Shown here piece by piece: positions 63,446 through 64,000 of a DNA stretch of 64,000 bases; the stretch's first letter is position 1; the number at the start of each line of letters is the position of its first letter. Made by a program: the position numbers and the translations under genes. Below the pieces are notes generated by a model, which saw only the letters and a program-made list of their open reading frames with translations, made no database searches and was not told the origin of the DNA. Where the stretch lies: contig NC_092679.1 of the NCBI RefSeq assembly GCF_964355755.1, forward strand, positions 16,103,432-16,167,431, given 5' to 3'. The DNA is from Antedon mediterranea. Lineage: Eukaryota; Animalia; Echinodermata.

Positions 63446-64000
63446 TAGTCATACTCTGTTGCTTCGTAGTTAAGTGCCTCAGAAAGTTGTTATTATTTAG
63501 TATGCTTGTACAGCATTTGTATCTAAACTTGAGGCAGGTACTAATATATAAATTATAAGTGTTCTTCCAGATCCATATCTCTATCAGGCTCTAAATTCGG
63601 TTATTTGGGTTCTTCTTCATTGTTATCTTGGTTGTTTATGTTACCAAACTTTTTTAAGGCTTCTATGATTTATTATACTGTAATTAATTTTAAAATGCAA
63701 TAAAATCTAAAATCAGAATTATTAGAAAAGATACGATATATGATAACAAATTTAATGAGTTTCAGTAAACCTCTTTATCCCCTTTTTTATTCTCTTAATA
63801 TAGGATTTTTCTAGTCAATCAATACATAGCACCTGCGAATACTTAAAAAACTATCTTGGTCAATGAGACATTTAATTTTTAATTTGATTGTTAATTTTCA
63901 GAAGGTTACTCACCCTTTCAGTAGCAAAGTTCACTCAGAATTTGATCTTAGCTAAACAATATCTTCTATGGGAACTTATAGGAAGTAAAAAACATACATG

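Overview
AT-rich, intron-containing animal genomic DNA, probably a marine invertebrate; a Deu/Nin-type SINE and the gene structures fit a deuterostome such as an echinoderm (inference). Spliced genes reconstructed by hand: the 5' part of an unidentified minus-strand gene (459-4226); a complete 9-exon serum response factor gene (SRF, 5742-16707, +); a glutaminyl cyclase (QPCT/QPCTL-type, 21772-30802, -) with two alternative N-terminal exons; a complete 9-exon NRDE2 (31126-41230, +); an intronless 454-aa orphan ORF (-); and the 5' end of a calponin-homology-domain gene with several candidate first exons. The non-coding DNA holds many MITEs, SINEs and CR1/L2 fragments. Main observations: (1) a Harbinger-like MITE family (9 copies here) carries SRF-binding CArG boxes, expanded into a 21-bp-phased array upstream of SRF itself, alongside a dense non-TE CArG cluster in SRF introns and at its 3' end; (2) TA-CAG-TA/TA-CTG-TA insertions seen directly between repeat copies look like pervasive Tc1/mariner excision footprints, while TAGGCCTA clusters next to first exons; (3) a ~180-bp-arm hairpin whose left arm was split by a LINE insertion. 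All coordinates and counts were read by eye.
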